Below, piece by piece: positions 19,313 through 30,120 of a stretch of 64,000 nucleotides of DNA; the stretch's first letter is position 1, and every line of letters starts with the position of its first letter. The notes below the pieces were generated by a model. That model searched no databases. It was not told where the DNA came from and saw only the letters and a list, made by a program, of their open reading frames with translations. The DNA is from Terriglobia bacterium (GTDB taxonomy: Bacteria; Acidobacteriota; Terriglobia; 20CM-2-55-15), in contig CAXWPJ010000002.1 of the NCBI GenBank assembly GCA_963664115.2, positions 256,001 through 320,000 of the forward strand. Reading direction: 5' to 3'. Position numbers and translations under genes: made by a program.

Positions 19313-20656
19313 CTACCGTTTGTCCACGACGACGCGCCCGTCACGAACAACGAGAACAACCTTTAACAGGTCTGAAGTTTCGGCCAGCGGATTGCCATCG
19401 ATCATAACGATGTCCGCAAGTTTGCCAGGCTCCAGCGTGCCCAGATCGCTACTGCGACCAATGGCAGCAGCGGCGTTCTTCGTCATAATCTGGATGATGT
19501 CCCGACGGGAGAATACGAGTCGCAGCGGTTTCAGTTCGTGTTCCAGCGTGTCTTTCGGCAGATAGCTCGTGTCTGTTCCAAAGGCATAGATACCTCCGGC
19601 ATCCCAGAACAGCCGCGCGTTCACCGGACCCTGTCCCACGCTGTACCACGCCGCCGCGCCCTCCGGATACAGACCCAGGTCGCGGAAACGGGCCTCGTTG
19701 TCAAAGCCGGTCGCCTCACGCACAGCCTGGTTGTCTTCGGCAAATGTCGGAACGAATACGCCAAGAGTCGACACCATCGGGATTCGGGCATCGGCGATCA
19801 ACTGGGCTGTGGACACGTCCAGCAGGTCCGTATGCGGCGTATGCATGAGCACATGCGTGTTGGCTCGAACGGCCGCCAGCGTGTCCTGAACGCTGGTGGC
19901 GTGCGTAATACTGCGAAGGCCCTGTCTGCGGCTTTCATCGGCGATGATGGCCAGGGTGTTCTCCTCAGGCCCCCCCGGGGTGATAGTAATATTCGTTTTG
20001 ATCGCTTCGACGCCGGCTTCAGCCGCCGCCCTGATCGTTGCACGAGTGTCCGCTTCAGCAATCGCGTCGGGAGGCTCGGTGGGACGATTTTCCGCACGCG
20101 ATGAACCGATCCGGGCGGGGTCACTGAAACCGGCTCCACCCCTACCCGCGGCTCCACCTCTACCTGGGTTTTCCCCTCTACCGGCGGCTCCCAGCTGGGC
20201 TCGGGTGGTCACGACGATGCGGGGACCGTCGAGTTCTCCCGCATCAATGCGACGGCGGAGTTCGACCTGGCTTTCCGCGCCAGCGCCTGCGGACTGCAGC
20301 GCGGTGAACCCGGCCTCCAGAAACTCGCGCATGCGGTCGGTGGCTTGCTCGGCGAGCCACTCGGCCGCCGGACCCCGGATAATGTGGCGGTGCGCATCGA
20401 TGAAGCCCGGCATGAGCGTCAGCCCCTGTGCATCTATGAGACGCGCACCATCCGGTCCGGTGAGAGCGCCGGCACTCACCGAAGTAATCCGGCCGTCGGC
20501 GACGATGACTGTGCCGTCGGCAATGACGCCACCATTTCCATCAATGATGCGCGCGTTCGTAATGACCAGATCCTGGGCTGCAAGGTCCGCCGAAACAATA
20601 AGATGTCCGACAAGCACCCAACAGACAAATACAAGTAGTCGTTTCACTGTTCTCAT
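19313..20656 (-). CDS. Secreted amidohydrolase-family protein
   Basis: MPGFIDAHRH, FGTD and GTLEPGKLADIV motifs. Confidence 0.9.
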   Translation of the reverse strand: MRTVKRLLVFVCWVLVGHLIVSADLAAQDLVITNARIIDGNGGVIADGTVIVADGRITSVSAGALTGPDGARLIDAQGLTLMPGFIDAHRHIIRGPAAEWLAEQATDRMREFLEAGFTALQSAGAGAESQVELRRRIDAGELDGPRIVVTTRAQLGAAGRGENPGRGGAAGRGGAGFSDPARIGSSRAENRPTEPPDAIAEADTRATIRAAAEAGVEAIKTNITITPGGPEENTLAIIADESRRQGLRSITHATSVQDTLAAVRANTHVLMHTPHTDLLDVSTAQLIADARIPMVSTLGVFVPTFAEDNQAVREATGFDNEARFRDLGLYPEGAAAWYSVGQGPVNARLFWDAGGIYAFGTDTSYLPKDTLEHELKPLRLVFSRRDIIQIMTKNAAAAIGRSSDLGTLEPGKLADIVMIDGNPLAETSDLLKVVLVVRDGRVVVDKR

Positions 20657-20733
20657 CCTCCTGGACCGAGCGTATGAAGACGTGCATCATGATATCTCAA
20701 ACCACGAATCAGGGGAGGGATGCCGGTGCGTTG

Positions 20734-20784
20734 ATTCTCAAGTTCAAGACCCGACAATTCATTCGTGTGGGAAGTTGAGAATTT
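20734..20784 (+). repeat. Degenerate palindrome copy R12
   Basis: attctcaagttcaagacccgacaattcattcgtgtgggaagttgagaattt. Confidence 0.6.
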
Positions 20785-21095
20785 GCCAACATACAGGAAC
20801 TGACCCTTTGCTTAGCAATAACTCTCCCGTGTATATCGATCTGCCGGAATATCGCGACTCCCCGACGCCACACACTCAATCATGGAAAGGCACAAAACCC
20901 GGCCACGATGAGATCAGCATCGACAGGTGATCCTGGAAACCACCGGCAGCCGCCTGAATACGACGCCGGAAAACGGCGCATGGGTCACCCCAATATCTGA
21001 CTCTTTGCTTTCTTCTTCGGGGCTGAGGCTATAAAATTTTCCCCATCTTTCAACATTACGTGATAACCGATCGGGCGATCACAATCGGAGGGTAT

Positions 21096-22415
21096 ATGGT
21101 TCAAAGGAAGGCAACGATGCGACTGGTCCTATGTTTCCTGACAATAATGTTGGCCACGGAGGCGAGCTGGGCACAGTCAACCCAGACAACGTATGTCAGT
21201 TTCGGACGTGCCAATGCTCTGCTGGTAGAGCCCGCGGAGCCGGGCCCCAATAGTCACATCGCGCTTGTATACAACCATCCGGGCACGAGTTTGAACCTGC
21301 TGTTGGATCCGGTAAACAACTTTGATCACCGATCCGGGCCCGAACTGGCCAGCCGTGGCTACCGCGTGCTGTTGCTGAATCACAACTCTTCCAGAACGGG
21401 ATACGAACCGATCTTTCCTGCAATCGGCCAGTCCATCGAGTATCTCCGAAACCTCCCGGGCGTGGACACGGTATTGCTGCTGACCCACAGCATCGGCGGA
21501 CCCGTGATGGCTTTCTATCAAAACGTCGCGGAAAACGGGCCGGGCGCGTGCCAGGGACCAGAGAAAATCTATTCCTGCCGGGGTGAACTGACCGATCTCC
21601 CCACCGCAGACGGCATTGTGTTTCTGGATGTACATCTTGGTGAGGGATTCCGGTTTTTGACTTATGTGGATCCGGCTATAGACGATGAAGCGAATCCAAT
21701 GCACAGAAATGCCGCGCTCGACATGTTCGCCAAGGCCAACGGCTACGATCCCGCAGACGGTGGGGCAACCTACAGCCAGGCGTTTCTGAAGGATTTCTTT
21801 GCAGCTCAAGGAGACCGAAACGAAAGGTTGATTCAGGCGGCGGAGAAGCGTCTGTCCGCTATCGATAACGAGACGAGTCTGTACAAGAACGATGAGCCCT
21901 TTGAAGTGGCGTCCCTGATCGCCCGTGCTCTTCAGTCTGACGTGAGTTTGATATCGCGGACACGCTCCGCACATCCCCTGCTCAAGGCCGACGGGACTGT
22001 GGAAACCCAAATTGTCCATTCGGTTCGTCCTCCGAGCGGGAGGCATGACCGCTTGGGAACTTACGAGCAATATTCGGTCCGTCAGTTCCTGGCGAGTGAA
22101 GCACTTCGTACGACAGCAGACTACATGATGACGGAGGATTCGATCACAGGTGTCGATTGGGCTTCTTCGATCAACAGCGCTCCTTCAAATCTGGAGGGCG
22201 TCCAGGTGCCGGTGTTGATCCTGACGATGTCGTGCCACTATTTTGTCGTGCCGAACGAGCTTCTTTTTGAGCATGCCGCCAGCAAAGACAAACAGCTCGT
22301 CTACGTCGAAGGCGCCTCGCATTCCATGACCCCGTGCCGTCCGGAATTCGGCGACACGGTGAAACGCACATTTGACTATGTGGATGGGTGGCTCAGCGAC
22401 AGTGAGAGATTTTGA
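21096..22415 (+). CDS. Secreted alpha/beta-hydrolase fold protein
   Basis: Signal peptide; THSIGG nucleophile elbow; C-terminal VEGASH. Confidence 0.8.
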   Translation: MVQRKATMRLVLCFLTIMLATEASWAQSTQTTYVSFGRANALLVEPAEPGPNSHIALVYNHPGTSLNLLLDPVNNFDHRSGPELASRGYRVLLLNHNSSRTGYEPIFPAIGQSIEYLRNLPGVDTVLLLTHSIGGPVMAFYQNVAENGPGACQGPEKIYSCRGELTDLPTADGIVFLDVHLGEGFRFLTYVDPAIDDEANPMHRNAALDMFAKANGYDPADGGATYSQAFLKDFFAAQGDRNERLIQAAEKRLSAIDNETSLYKNDEPFEVASLIARALQSDVSLISRTRSAHPLLKADGTVETQIVHSVRPPSGRHDRLGTYEQYSVRQFLASEALRTTADYMMTEDSITGVDWASSINSAPSNLEGVQVPVLILTMSCHYFVVPNELLFEHAASKDKQLVYVEGASHSMTPCRPEFGDTVKRTFDYVDGWLSDSERF

Positions 22416-22595
22416 CGGCGCGGATCGCATCCGGTCAGCCTGACAGTTCTCTGCCAGGCTGACGGTAGGGCACGACGGGCCACACTGAAGGCCAGCGGGC
22501 GCTGCCGGGTCGTTTCGGGCATTACACAGATTAGAACCAGACGCCGATGCACCGGCTGCCTCGATTCCGACGGCACAGGTGAGGCGAACGCCCGT

Positions 22596-23306
22596 TTATC
22601 CCACGTATGCGAACGAGTACCCCCGCTCCTGTGCCCGATCGACGGCAACAATACCGGCCGGGACCATGGTGGAGTTATCCACGAGGTTCTGTGTCATCTC
22701 TTCGAAGATGCTGTCCTCATCCCCGTCGACTGCTGCGGCTACCCGACGCGCGTAGCCGCGCGTTGCCACCCGGCACACGGCCAGGTGCAGGCCGTTTTCA
22801 AACAGCGTGTCCAGCATGAGTCCTCCGGTCGGGAGTCCCCCGCCATAACCGGCGGCGTTGAACAAGTTCACCGTGGGTGGCTGATCCGTTTTGGGGTCGT
22901 TGAGGCCGGTTCGGGCCGCCATCGGGACACCGTATTTCTCCCAAATCACATCGTTAAACGCGAAAGCCGTGGACCTGCTTCGTGCCACGATGATCACGGC
23001 AATGTTGCTCGGTTCGACTCCGTAGGCATCATTGTTGACGTTGATGTAATTATTTGCGAAACGCATCGCCTGTCCAAAGCCGCCTGCGCTTATGTTGTCG
23101 ATGATAAACCGGTGCTCGCCCGGCAGTTCGTCAAACCAGTCGTCCTCGGAGTGACGCGTCGGTTGCCAACCGCTGCCTCCCCTCGACTGCCCCTCGGCCG
23201 ATCCAGCACCTGCGGCAAAAACCGCACCGAAAGCTGCCGCACCCGCACCCAGGCGTGTCAGGAACGAACGCCGCTCGAGTGGTGACTTCACTGTTTGTTC
23301 ATTCAT
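22596..23306 (-). CDS. Tat-exported DsrE-like hypothetical protein
   Basis: ERRSFL twin-arginine signal; HLAVC and VPAGIVAVDRAQERGYS resemble the DsrE fold. Confidence 0.7.
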   Translation of the reverse strand: MNEQTVKSPLERRSFLTRLGAGAAAFGAVFAAGAGSAEGQSRGGSGWQPTRHSEDDWFDELPGEHRFIIDNISAGGFGQAMRFANNYINVNNDAYGVEPSNIAVIIVARSRSTAFAFNDVIWEKYGVPMAARTGLNDPKTDQPPTVNLFNAAGYGGGLPTGGLMLDTLFENGLHLAVCRVATRGYARRVAAAVDGDEDSIFEEMTQNLVDNSTMVPAGIVAVDRAQERGYSFAYVG

Positions 23307-23584
23307 GCTTCCTCGCTTTTTTCAGTTGTCCAATGGGACGGTGAAATAAACAACGCAAGTGTATGATACAAAGTCGCGGGATCGCTAGTTGGATCGGGAT
23401 AGGGTCTGTCGGAATGGAACCGAAACCGGCGCATCACCCGATGCTGCACGCACGTTCTTTCGCGACTTGGCGCACGATCTCAGCGGCATGAGCACCGGAT
23501 TTCAAACCTCACCCACTCGACGCGGCTTTGTTGACGTGACAGTGCCACGGCGAGAGCGCAACCCGCCTCTTCGGACCCCGGATC

Positions 23585-24424
23585 TTAATCCTCAGGGCTT
23601 ACCGCAACGTCTCGGAACCCTGCGTTGTAGCCTTCGACTTCGTTGATGGGAGCACATATACCTTCGGTGATCCCGCTGAACAAACCCGACCATTCGAAAA
23701 ACGTGTAGTTTTCCGACGGCTCCCGCTCAAACCTTCGCGGGGCCGCCGGCCACGGGGCGGCGTAGTATGTCGGATCGTAGGCCGTCATCTCGTGTTCGAT
23801 GACATCGGGGCTGACCCGCGTGTAGCGTTCCTCAATCCGAGTGGTGAGGGATACGGGATGGCCCGGCCGGTCCAGCCAGGCTCTCTCGTCGAGACCGACG
23901 GTATCGACAACCAGCGTGTCTCCTTCCCACCGGCCAACCGAGTGCCCGTACCAGGCCGGTCCGAGGAAGTCGAGGTTGTCCCCGGATGGCAGTGCCCGGC
24001 CGTCCATCCAGATGTAGCGGACCCGGTGCTCCCATTGGTAGATCTGCAGGATTCTATCGGGCAGCATGATCATTTCCAGGGGTTCGGCATCGATCAGGAG
24101 CTTTGGAAAACCCTGGGGATTGCACTGGTAGTCGGGGTCATTGGACAGATACGCATAGGGTACGTCGGGCTGAAAGGGATGAAAGCGGGCGGCGCCGGGC
24201 GATGGCACGCGGCCGCCCATGACATCCAGTGCGGCTGGCGTAAGCTCGGGCCGGGTATCCAGCCCGAAACCCTGAAACGCGCTGGCCCCGCCGATTTCCC
24301 AGATTCCCGAATAATCCCGGGCATCAAAGTCCCCCGCTTGGTCCTGTCCCCATGCCTCGGGAAGCAAGCCCAACGCAAGAACCATTACCGACGGCAATAT
24401 AATAAAGATGATTCGCTTGCACAT
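23585..24424 (-). CDS. Secreted beta-rich protein (DUF6152 partner family)
   Basis: DYSGIW, CNPQGFPK, YGHSVGRWEGDTLVVDT, EGIC. Confidence 0.85.
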   Translation of the reverse strand: MCKRIIFIILPSVMVLALGLLPEAWGQDQAGDFDARDYSGIWEIGGASAFQGFGLDTRPELTPAALDVMGGRVPSPGAARFHPFQPDVPYAYLSNDPDYQCNPQGFPKLLIDAEPLEMIMLPDRILQIYQWEHRVRYIWMDGRALPSGDNLDFLGPAWYGHSVGRWEGDTLVVDTVGLDERAWLDRPGHPVSLTTRIEERYTRVSPDVIEHEMTAYDPTYYAAPWPAAPRRFEREPSENYTFFEWSGLFSGITEGICAPINEVEGYNAGFRDVAVSPED

Positions 24425-24741
24425 TGATCTAACTCCTTCGCCCCAGCGGATTCGCTGTGTTCCGATTAAAGCGTAATTTCATTTTTTTGAATCCCATGCT
24501 GCCTATTAAAACGGTGTCCGATGGTCCGCAGTGTAGCAACTCAATCCCAGGCGTCAACAGGATCTGACAGACGCGGCCGGGTTTCGGAACATCGGGAGTA
24601 CCTGCGAGAACGATGTGCAACGTTCAGGACGACGAGTTTACGCTGCTTTTCAGGAGCAGGATTCAGGGATCGACGCTCCGACCTCCCTCGAAGGTTGAGT
24701 CCTGACACCCTCAGCGGATATTACAACGCCAGCCTTCAGGT

Positions 24742-25839
24742 TTATGGCACCCGGACGTGCTTCTCGAGCATCATCCGGCGAACGACTGCCCCGTACACAT
24801 TGCCCGCCTGGTCCACGCCGACGCCTTCGGCCCCGCTGTGATCGATCGTTGTCGATTCGATATCCTCTATGAACTCGCGCACCGATCCGTCACGGGCGCT
24901 ACCGATGCGGATGCCTTTCCTCCAGGCAGGGTTGTCCGGCCCCCAGGACTCCGAGTCCGCTACGTATATCGTGTCGTCGTCGGTGATATAGATCCCGCTC
25001 GGACGGCCAAACTGTATCCATTGATCGATGAACTGCCCGTCCTGATCGAAGATCTGTATCCGGTTATTCGATCTGTCTCCCACAAACAGCCGGCCCTGGG
25101 AATCTACGGCAATCGCATGCGGACGATTGAACTCGCCTGGATTTCCCCCAAATCCCCCCCACTCCATCAGGTAGGTTCCGTCGCTTGAAAACTTCACGAC
25201 GCGGTTGTTGGGCGAACCATGACCATCGGTAACGAAAATATCTCCGTTCGCCACCGTGACGACATCGGTGGGCTCGTTGAAGGTGTCGGGACCATCCCCG
25301 GTAACACCGGCCTGTCCAAGCGTCATCAATACTTCGCCGTCTGCACTGAATTTGAAAACCTGATGACCCTGGGTTTCCGATCCCTGGCCGTCGGTCACCC
25401 AGACGTTTCCATCGGTGTCCACGTGGAACCCGTGCGGCCAAACGAACATCCCGGCGCCCCAACTCGCAAGCAGAGCTCCGGACGGGTCCAGTTTGAGGAT
25501 GGGCGGCTCCGGACGTCCGTCACACGAGTTTTCGAAGCAGCGATGGAGAACATAGATATTGCCGTCGGGACCCGGCTCGGCTGCGCTCACCTGAGCCCAC
25601 CCTGTCGTCCCCTCGGGGAGTTCTCCCCAGGGTTCGATCCGCTGATACGGAGTCGGCAGGTCATTCACCGGCCTGTAGACACCGAATCCATCAATCGACG
25701 GCGTTATCCACGGCCCTGTTTCACCAGAACCGGATCCCGCGGTGCATCCCACACCGGCCCACACGATGATCGCGATTCCCAGCCTGAAGCTCACACGTCC
25801 TTTATGCATCATGAGTGATTCACGCATCGCAATCAGCAT
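24742..25839 (-). CDS. NHL-repeat beta-propeller, peptidyl-alpha-hydroxyglycine lyase (PAL)-like; start uncertain
   Basis: Repeats FVWPHGFHVD, FNEPTDV, FNRPHAIAVD and DRSNNRIQIFD. Confidence 0.85.
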   Translation of the reverse strand: MLIAMRESLMMHKGRVSFRLGIAIIVWAGVGCTAGSGSGETGPWITPSIDGFGVYRPVNDLPTPYQRIEPWGELPEGTTGWAQVSAAEPGPDGNIYVLHRCFENSCDGRPEPPILKLDPSGALLASWGAGMFVWPHGFHVDTDGNVWVTDGQGSETQGHQVFKFSADGEVLMTLGQAGVTGDGPDTFNEPTDVVTVANGDIFVTDGHGSPNNRVVKFSSDGTYLMEWGGFGGNPGEFNRPHAIAVDSQGRLFVGDRSNNRIQIFDQDGQFIDQWIQFGRPSGIYITDDDTIYVADSESWGPDNPAWRKGIRIGSARDGSVREFIEDIESTTIDHSGAEGVGVDQAGNVYGAVVRRMMLEKHVRVP

Positions 25840-25845
25840 TGCCTG

Positions 25846-25980
25846 CTATTCAGGATCCGGAACAATGCGAATGTTCTCCAGTTGAAACAAATCGGCGGGC
25901 AACTCCGCCTCACCCGCGGAATAGTAGTTCGACTGTCGTATAAACGCGACGAGGTCCGCGCTCGCGTCCTCACGGACTGG
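25846..25980 (-). pseudogene. Probable 3' remnant of a small cytochrome c-like gene
   Basis: ADLVAFIRQSNYYSAGEAELPADLFQLENIRIV resembles C-termini of such cytochromes; no CxxCH remains. Confidence 0.35.
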
Positions 25981-26077
25981 AGTCGCCGCGGCGGAAGGGG
26001 CCTGAACGTTCACCACGGTGCGGACATTCTGATGCCTGCCAGCAGTGGAATGTCCTGAATCGCGGAAAAAGTCCGAA

Positions 26078-26566
26078 TCACTTCTGATCCTGGCTCATCA
26101 TTTGAGCGAAGAGGCGCAGTTCTTCTGCACGGGAATTACAATCGGCCGCTTTAGACGCCCGGCCTTCGCGTCGATAGACATCCGCTAACTGAGCTAGGCA
26201 GAAAAGGTAGTCGCTGAGACAGTCGTCGTAGCCTTCATACAGAGCCTCGTGCACTCCGGGGCGCCCCTTACCGTCGCCTACCGTCTCATCCGCTCTCCAG
26301 GGGAGAGTCGCCTCCTCCTTCCAGGTCACGAGAGCTTCGTAGTTTTCTGGATTTTCCAGAAAATGCCCATAGCCTTTGCGGAAGAGATCGAAAGCACGCT
26401 GATAGAGCTTCCGTGCCGGTTCAAGCTTCGTTTCGTCCTCGCTGAACGTCAGTTTCTCGGCCTGTTCAACCAGCGGCAGAAACTCTTCACCGGCGATCCC
26501 GCTGCATACGATTCGCACACGTTCCATATAGAGCTCCACGTCGGGTGCTTCTCTGGGGTCGGCCAT
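26078..26566 (-). CDS. Hypothetical helical (TPR-like) protein
   Basis: GGAGG RBS; helical repeat-like segments. Confidence 0.6.
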   Translation of the reverse strand: MADPREAPDVELYMERVRIVCSGIAGEEFLPLVEQAEKLTFSEDETKLEPARKLYQRAFDLFRKGYGHFLENPENYEALVTWKEEATLPWRADETVGDGKGRPGVHEALYEGYDDCLSDYLFCLAQLADVYRREGRASKAADCNSRAEELRLFAQMMSQDQK

Positions 26567-26899
26567 CGTTCTTTTCCTCCGTGATCGGGTCTCAAACACT
26601 TTCATTCTATCCCGCCACGCGATCGAAAACTGTTCTGTTCTGATTCCCTGCCATATTGGAGCGACTCCATATCAATACCTCACGGAGCACGCCAGAGTGA
26701 CTCCGACACATTTTCTATGATATTCAGAGACTCTTTTCTGATCGGAGCAAATAGAATTAATCCATGGGGGAAAAGCGCAGGCCCACCACATCCATTGACC
26801 CGGCCCTTCGCTTGTCGCTAATCTTGACTGGTTCAGTGACTCAGGAGGCAAGGTTGCTCCTGCTTTTGTGCCCGAACCCTACAGGCTTAAGGAGAACGC

Positions 26900-27307
26900 A
26901 TGTTGAAACGAAGTATTGGCGCCCTGACCGCAGTATTCATCCTGGTCCTCTTCGGGACGCCGGCACTGGCGCATCACTCGTTTGCTGCGATATTTGACAA
27001 GGACCAGCCATTCACAGTGACGGGCGTGATCAACAAGGTGGACTGGAAAAACCCCCACATGTACTTCTACGTCGACGTGACTGGAGAAGATGGCGCAGTC
27101 GTCACATGGGGCTTTGAGAGCTATCCCCCGACGATGATGATACGCCAGGGTTGGTCACGGAACACTGTTACGCCGGGAGATCCGGTTACGGTAACGGGTT
27201 GGCGGGCGCGCAGAGGCTCCCGGCCCGTAGCGGGAGGCAACAGGATGACGCTTGCCGACGGTACAGTGATGACAATCGGCGCCAGTTCTGAAGGGGAAAA
27301 CCGATGA
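26900..27307 (+). CDS. DUF6152-like small secreted protein
   Basis: AHHSFAAIFD, WKNPHMY. Confidence 0.9.
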   Translation: MLKRSIGALTAVFILVLFGTPALAHHSFAAIFDKDQPFTVTGVINKVDWKNPHMYFYVDVTGEDGAVVTWGFESYPPTMMIRQGWSRNTVTPGDPVTVTGWRARRGSRPVAGGNRMTLADGTVMTIGASSEGENR

Positions 27308-28170
27308 CCGCCGATCAAAAATCGGGTTCAGGTATGTTCAAGGAGCATTGCCTCATGACGCATCGTCTTGTATCGGGTGCCGCAGGGTGTCTCACGCTGA
27401 CGCTTCTGGTTTTCCTGCCGTTCACGTTTGCGGGTACAGTGCGCGGGCAAGCGGAGGAAAGTGCCACGACTCGGAACGCATCTCAAGCAATACCGCGCAC
27501 CTCAGACGGCAGGCCCGATTTATCCGGCATCTGGCAGTCCAACGTGCTGGACATATCGAACTTCACTCTCGAAAGAGAAGAAAGATCTTCGGCGAACAGA
27601 GTCGCAAATCCAGGAGGTGATCTTCCCTACCGGCCGGAGGCTTTGGAGCGAGTCCGGCAACTCACCGAGGCCGATGATCCCATGCTCCGGTGCATTCCAC
27701 GTGGAATCCCACGCCAGACAGGAACTTCAAGTCCAGTTCGAATCGTTCAACTTTCGGGAGAGATAATCATTCTCTACGAAGCGGAGCACCGCTTCCGTAT
27801 CATCCCGACAGACGGCCGCCCGCATCCCGACGACTGGTATCCGACGTACATGGGGGACTCCGTCGCCGCATGGGACGGCGACACACTGATTGTCGATGTG
27901 ATCGGCTTCAACGATGAGACCTGGATTCATCGCCTCGGAACCTTTCACACCGAGGATCTGCACGTTGTCGAGCGCTATCATCTCAGCGATGCAAACACCC
28001 TGGAGTATGAAGCCACCGTTGAAGATCCGAACGTCCTGACCGGACCATGGTCAAAAACAGTCACGTTGCGGAGACGGCCACCGGGGGACCGCATACTGGA
28101 ATCGATCTGCGTGGATATTCAGGATGCCGAGTATTTCCGGGAGGTCTTTGACGCACTCGAAAACCAGTGA
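27304..28170 (+). CDS. Secreted beta-rich protein (DUF6152 partner family)
   Basis: ATGA overlap with the upstream gene; GRPDLSGIW, CIPRGIPR, MGDSVAAWDGDTLIVD, ESIC. Confidence 0.88.
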   Translation: MTADQKSGSGMFKEHCLMTHRLVSGAAGCLTLTLLVFLPFTFAGTVRGQAEESATTRNASQAIPRTSDGRPDLSGIWQSNVLDISNFTLEREERSSANRVANPGGDLPYRPEALERVRQLTEADDPMLRCIPRGIPRQTGTSSPVRIVQLSGEIIILYEAEHRFRIIPTDGRPHPDDWYPTYMGDSVAAWDGDTLIVDVIGFNDETWIHRLGTFHTEDLHVVERYHLSDANTLEYEATVEDPNVLTGPWSKTVTLRRRPPGDRILESICVDIQDAEYFREVFDALENQ

Positions 28171-28273
28171 CTACCCGACTGTAGGGGATCAATAGCGTTC
28201 CCGACAGGCAAGCACGGCGTCACGGACGAGGCAAGGCATCCCAAATCGGAGGGAGCATCTTCTGGGGCGGACC

Positions 28274-28681
28274 CTAACGCTCAATGATGTCGAAGTAGAC
28301 CCCTGACCTCGCGTAGTCTTCCAGGTCACAAGTCCACTGATACGCGCCGGCCCTCAGGCCGAGTTGACCGTCTGAAGGGAGTGGGGGATCGAAAGACATC
28401 GTTTCGAGGGGGCCGTTTTCGACTGCAGGTACACTGGCCCGGCCTTCCCACTTGCTTTCGCCGCTATAGGTGTCAAGCACTTGACAGCTCACTGCCTTCT
28501 CTCTGTCTTCCTTGTCCCAATCCACGTACATTTTCAGGGCCTCGCCTTCATAAAAAGAAGGTCTCGCGCCGCCCCGAAAATCCGTTACCCGAACCTGGAA
28601 CGGAGCGCGACAGGCCGTCAAACCCGTCAAGGCAACTATAGAGATTACCGCAAATCGTTGAAAACTTACGGATCGGAACAC
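28274..28681 (-). CDS. Putative lipoprotein; paralog of 1-401
   Basis: GGAGG RBS plus GTG; LTA-C lipobox; high identity to the window-start ORF. Confidence 0.75.
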   Translation of the reverse strand: MFRSVSFQRFAVISIVALTGLTACRAPFQVRVTDFRGGARPSFYEGEALKMYVDWDKEDREKAVSCQVLDTYSGESKWEGRASVPAVENGPLETMSFDPPLPSDGQLGLRAGAYQWTCDLEDYARSGVYFDIIER

Positions 28682-29094
28682 CTGAGATACCTCCTGCCAC
28701 CTGCCTTCAACTTTGCCCGGCCCGGGCTCCGCACCCGGCACATGCAATTACCGCCCGATCATGGTTTCGCCATTTCAAACTCCTGGGGCGCGTTCTACTG
28801 CAATAGATGTAGCACTTAGGTGACCAAGAACATCAAGCGATTGATCGTGGGATGCCTGTCACCCCTTCAGTAAAACGGTCTGTCCAGGAAAGGACATTCG
28901 TCGGTCCAGGCGATCCGCAAGACACGCCACCCACGCGGGGCCCGCTGAAGGGAAGGACAAGAACGAGACAATGTTGACTTTGTGGATTTGATGGAGCAAC
29001 ATGCAGCCGATATGATGGACTTGGCCCCCGTCGCCCGGCACCTGCCCGCACGGAGGAAAGTTCGGGTGACTATCCGTTCAGGAAATTCAAACGC

Positions 29095-30084
29095 ATGCAA
29101 AACAGATTCAGAGACGCGATACTCGTAATTGTGACCGCCGCCATCGTGGGCAGTGCATCGCTGGCCTTGATGCTGACGTCCGACCTCAGCACGCTCTCCC
29201 AAAGCGGGGCGTCACAATTGATACGAACCGCAGACGGCAAACCCGATTTCAGCGGCATATGGCAAACCCACAGCACCGCGAATTGGGACCTTCAGTCCCA
29301 CTCAGCGCGTCCGCTGGTCGCCCAGGCCGGAGTGAACGCTAATTTCCAGATACTGGCGGCCCCGGTTGTCGCACTCGGCACCGTGGGGTGGGTGCCGCCG
29401 GGAATGGGCGTGGTGGAAGGCGACGAAATTCCCTATCAACCCTGGGCCCAGGAGCGGAAGAGGGACAATGCGGCCAACTGGCTGGATCGCGACCCGGAAA
29501 TAAAGTGCTATATGCCCGGGGTGCCGCGGGCGATGTATCTTCCCTATCCCTTCCAGATTGTTCAAAGCACAAACAAGATCATGATGGTGTTCGAGTTTGC
29601 AAACGCCCAGAGGACGATCAATCTCGACGCAGTCGATCCCTATCCGGGCGAGGCATTTATGGGATACTCGGTTGGGCACTGGGAGGGCGATACGCTGGTC
29701 GTCGAAGTCACCAATTTCACACCCTACACCTGGTTCGACCGGTCCGGAAACTTTCACAGTGACGCTCTGCATGTTGTCGAACGATACACGCCCATCAGCC
29801 GCGATGCGATTCGCTACGAAGCGACTATTGAAGACTCCAAGGTATTCACCCGACCGTGGACCATCAGCCTACCGCTCTACCGCAGGCTTGAGCCGGATGC
29901 CCAGGTCCTGGACTTCCGGTGCTTCGAGCATGTCGAAGAAACGCTTTATGGACATCTACGCCGGGAGCCACTCGTCACGCGCTGGGAAGGCCGGACCATG
30001 GACATCGACATCACGCGTAAGGTTCCACCGGGTGAAGACGTATACGAAATACATTGGTCGGGCAATCCGCCTCTTGAACAATAA
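29095..30084 (+). CDS. Secreted beta-rich protein (DUF6152 partner family)
   Basis: GKPDFSGIW, DPEIKCYMPGVPRA, MGYSVGHWEGDTLVVE, DFRC. Confidence 0.88.
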   Translation: MQNRFRDAILVIVTAAIVGSASLALMLTSDLSTLSQSGASQLIRTADGKPDFSGIWQTHSTANWDLQSHSARPLVAQAGVNANFQILAAPVVALGTVGWVPPGMGVVEGDEIPYQPWAQERKRDNAANWLDRDPEIKCYMPGVPRAMYLPYPFQIVQSTNKIMMVFEFANAQRTINLDAVDPYPGEAFMGYSVGHWEGDTLVVEVTNFTPYTWFDRSGNFHSDALHVVERYTPISRDAIRYEATIEDSKVFTRPWTISLPLYRRLEPDAQVLDFRCFEHVEETLYGHLRREPLVTRWEGRTMDIDITRKVPPGEDVYEIHWSGNPPLEQ

Positions 30085-30120
30085 TGACCCGTAAAGAACA
30101 GTGACGAACAATAGAGCAGA

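Noticed and set aside
24742-24760. NHL protein ending ..HVRVP* as another kinase-tail fusion
   Set aside because: Only about 8 nt match, on the opposite strand, with no adjacent palindrome; may be chance
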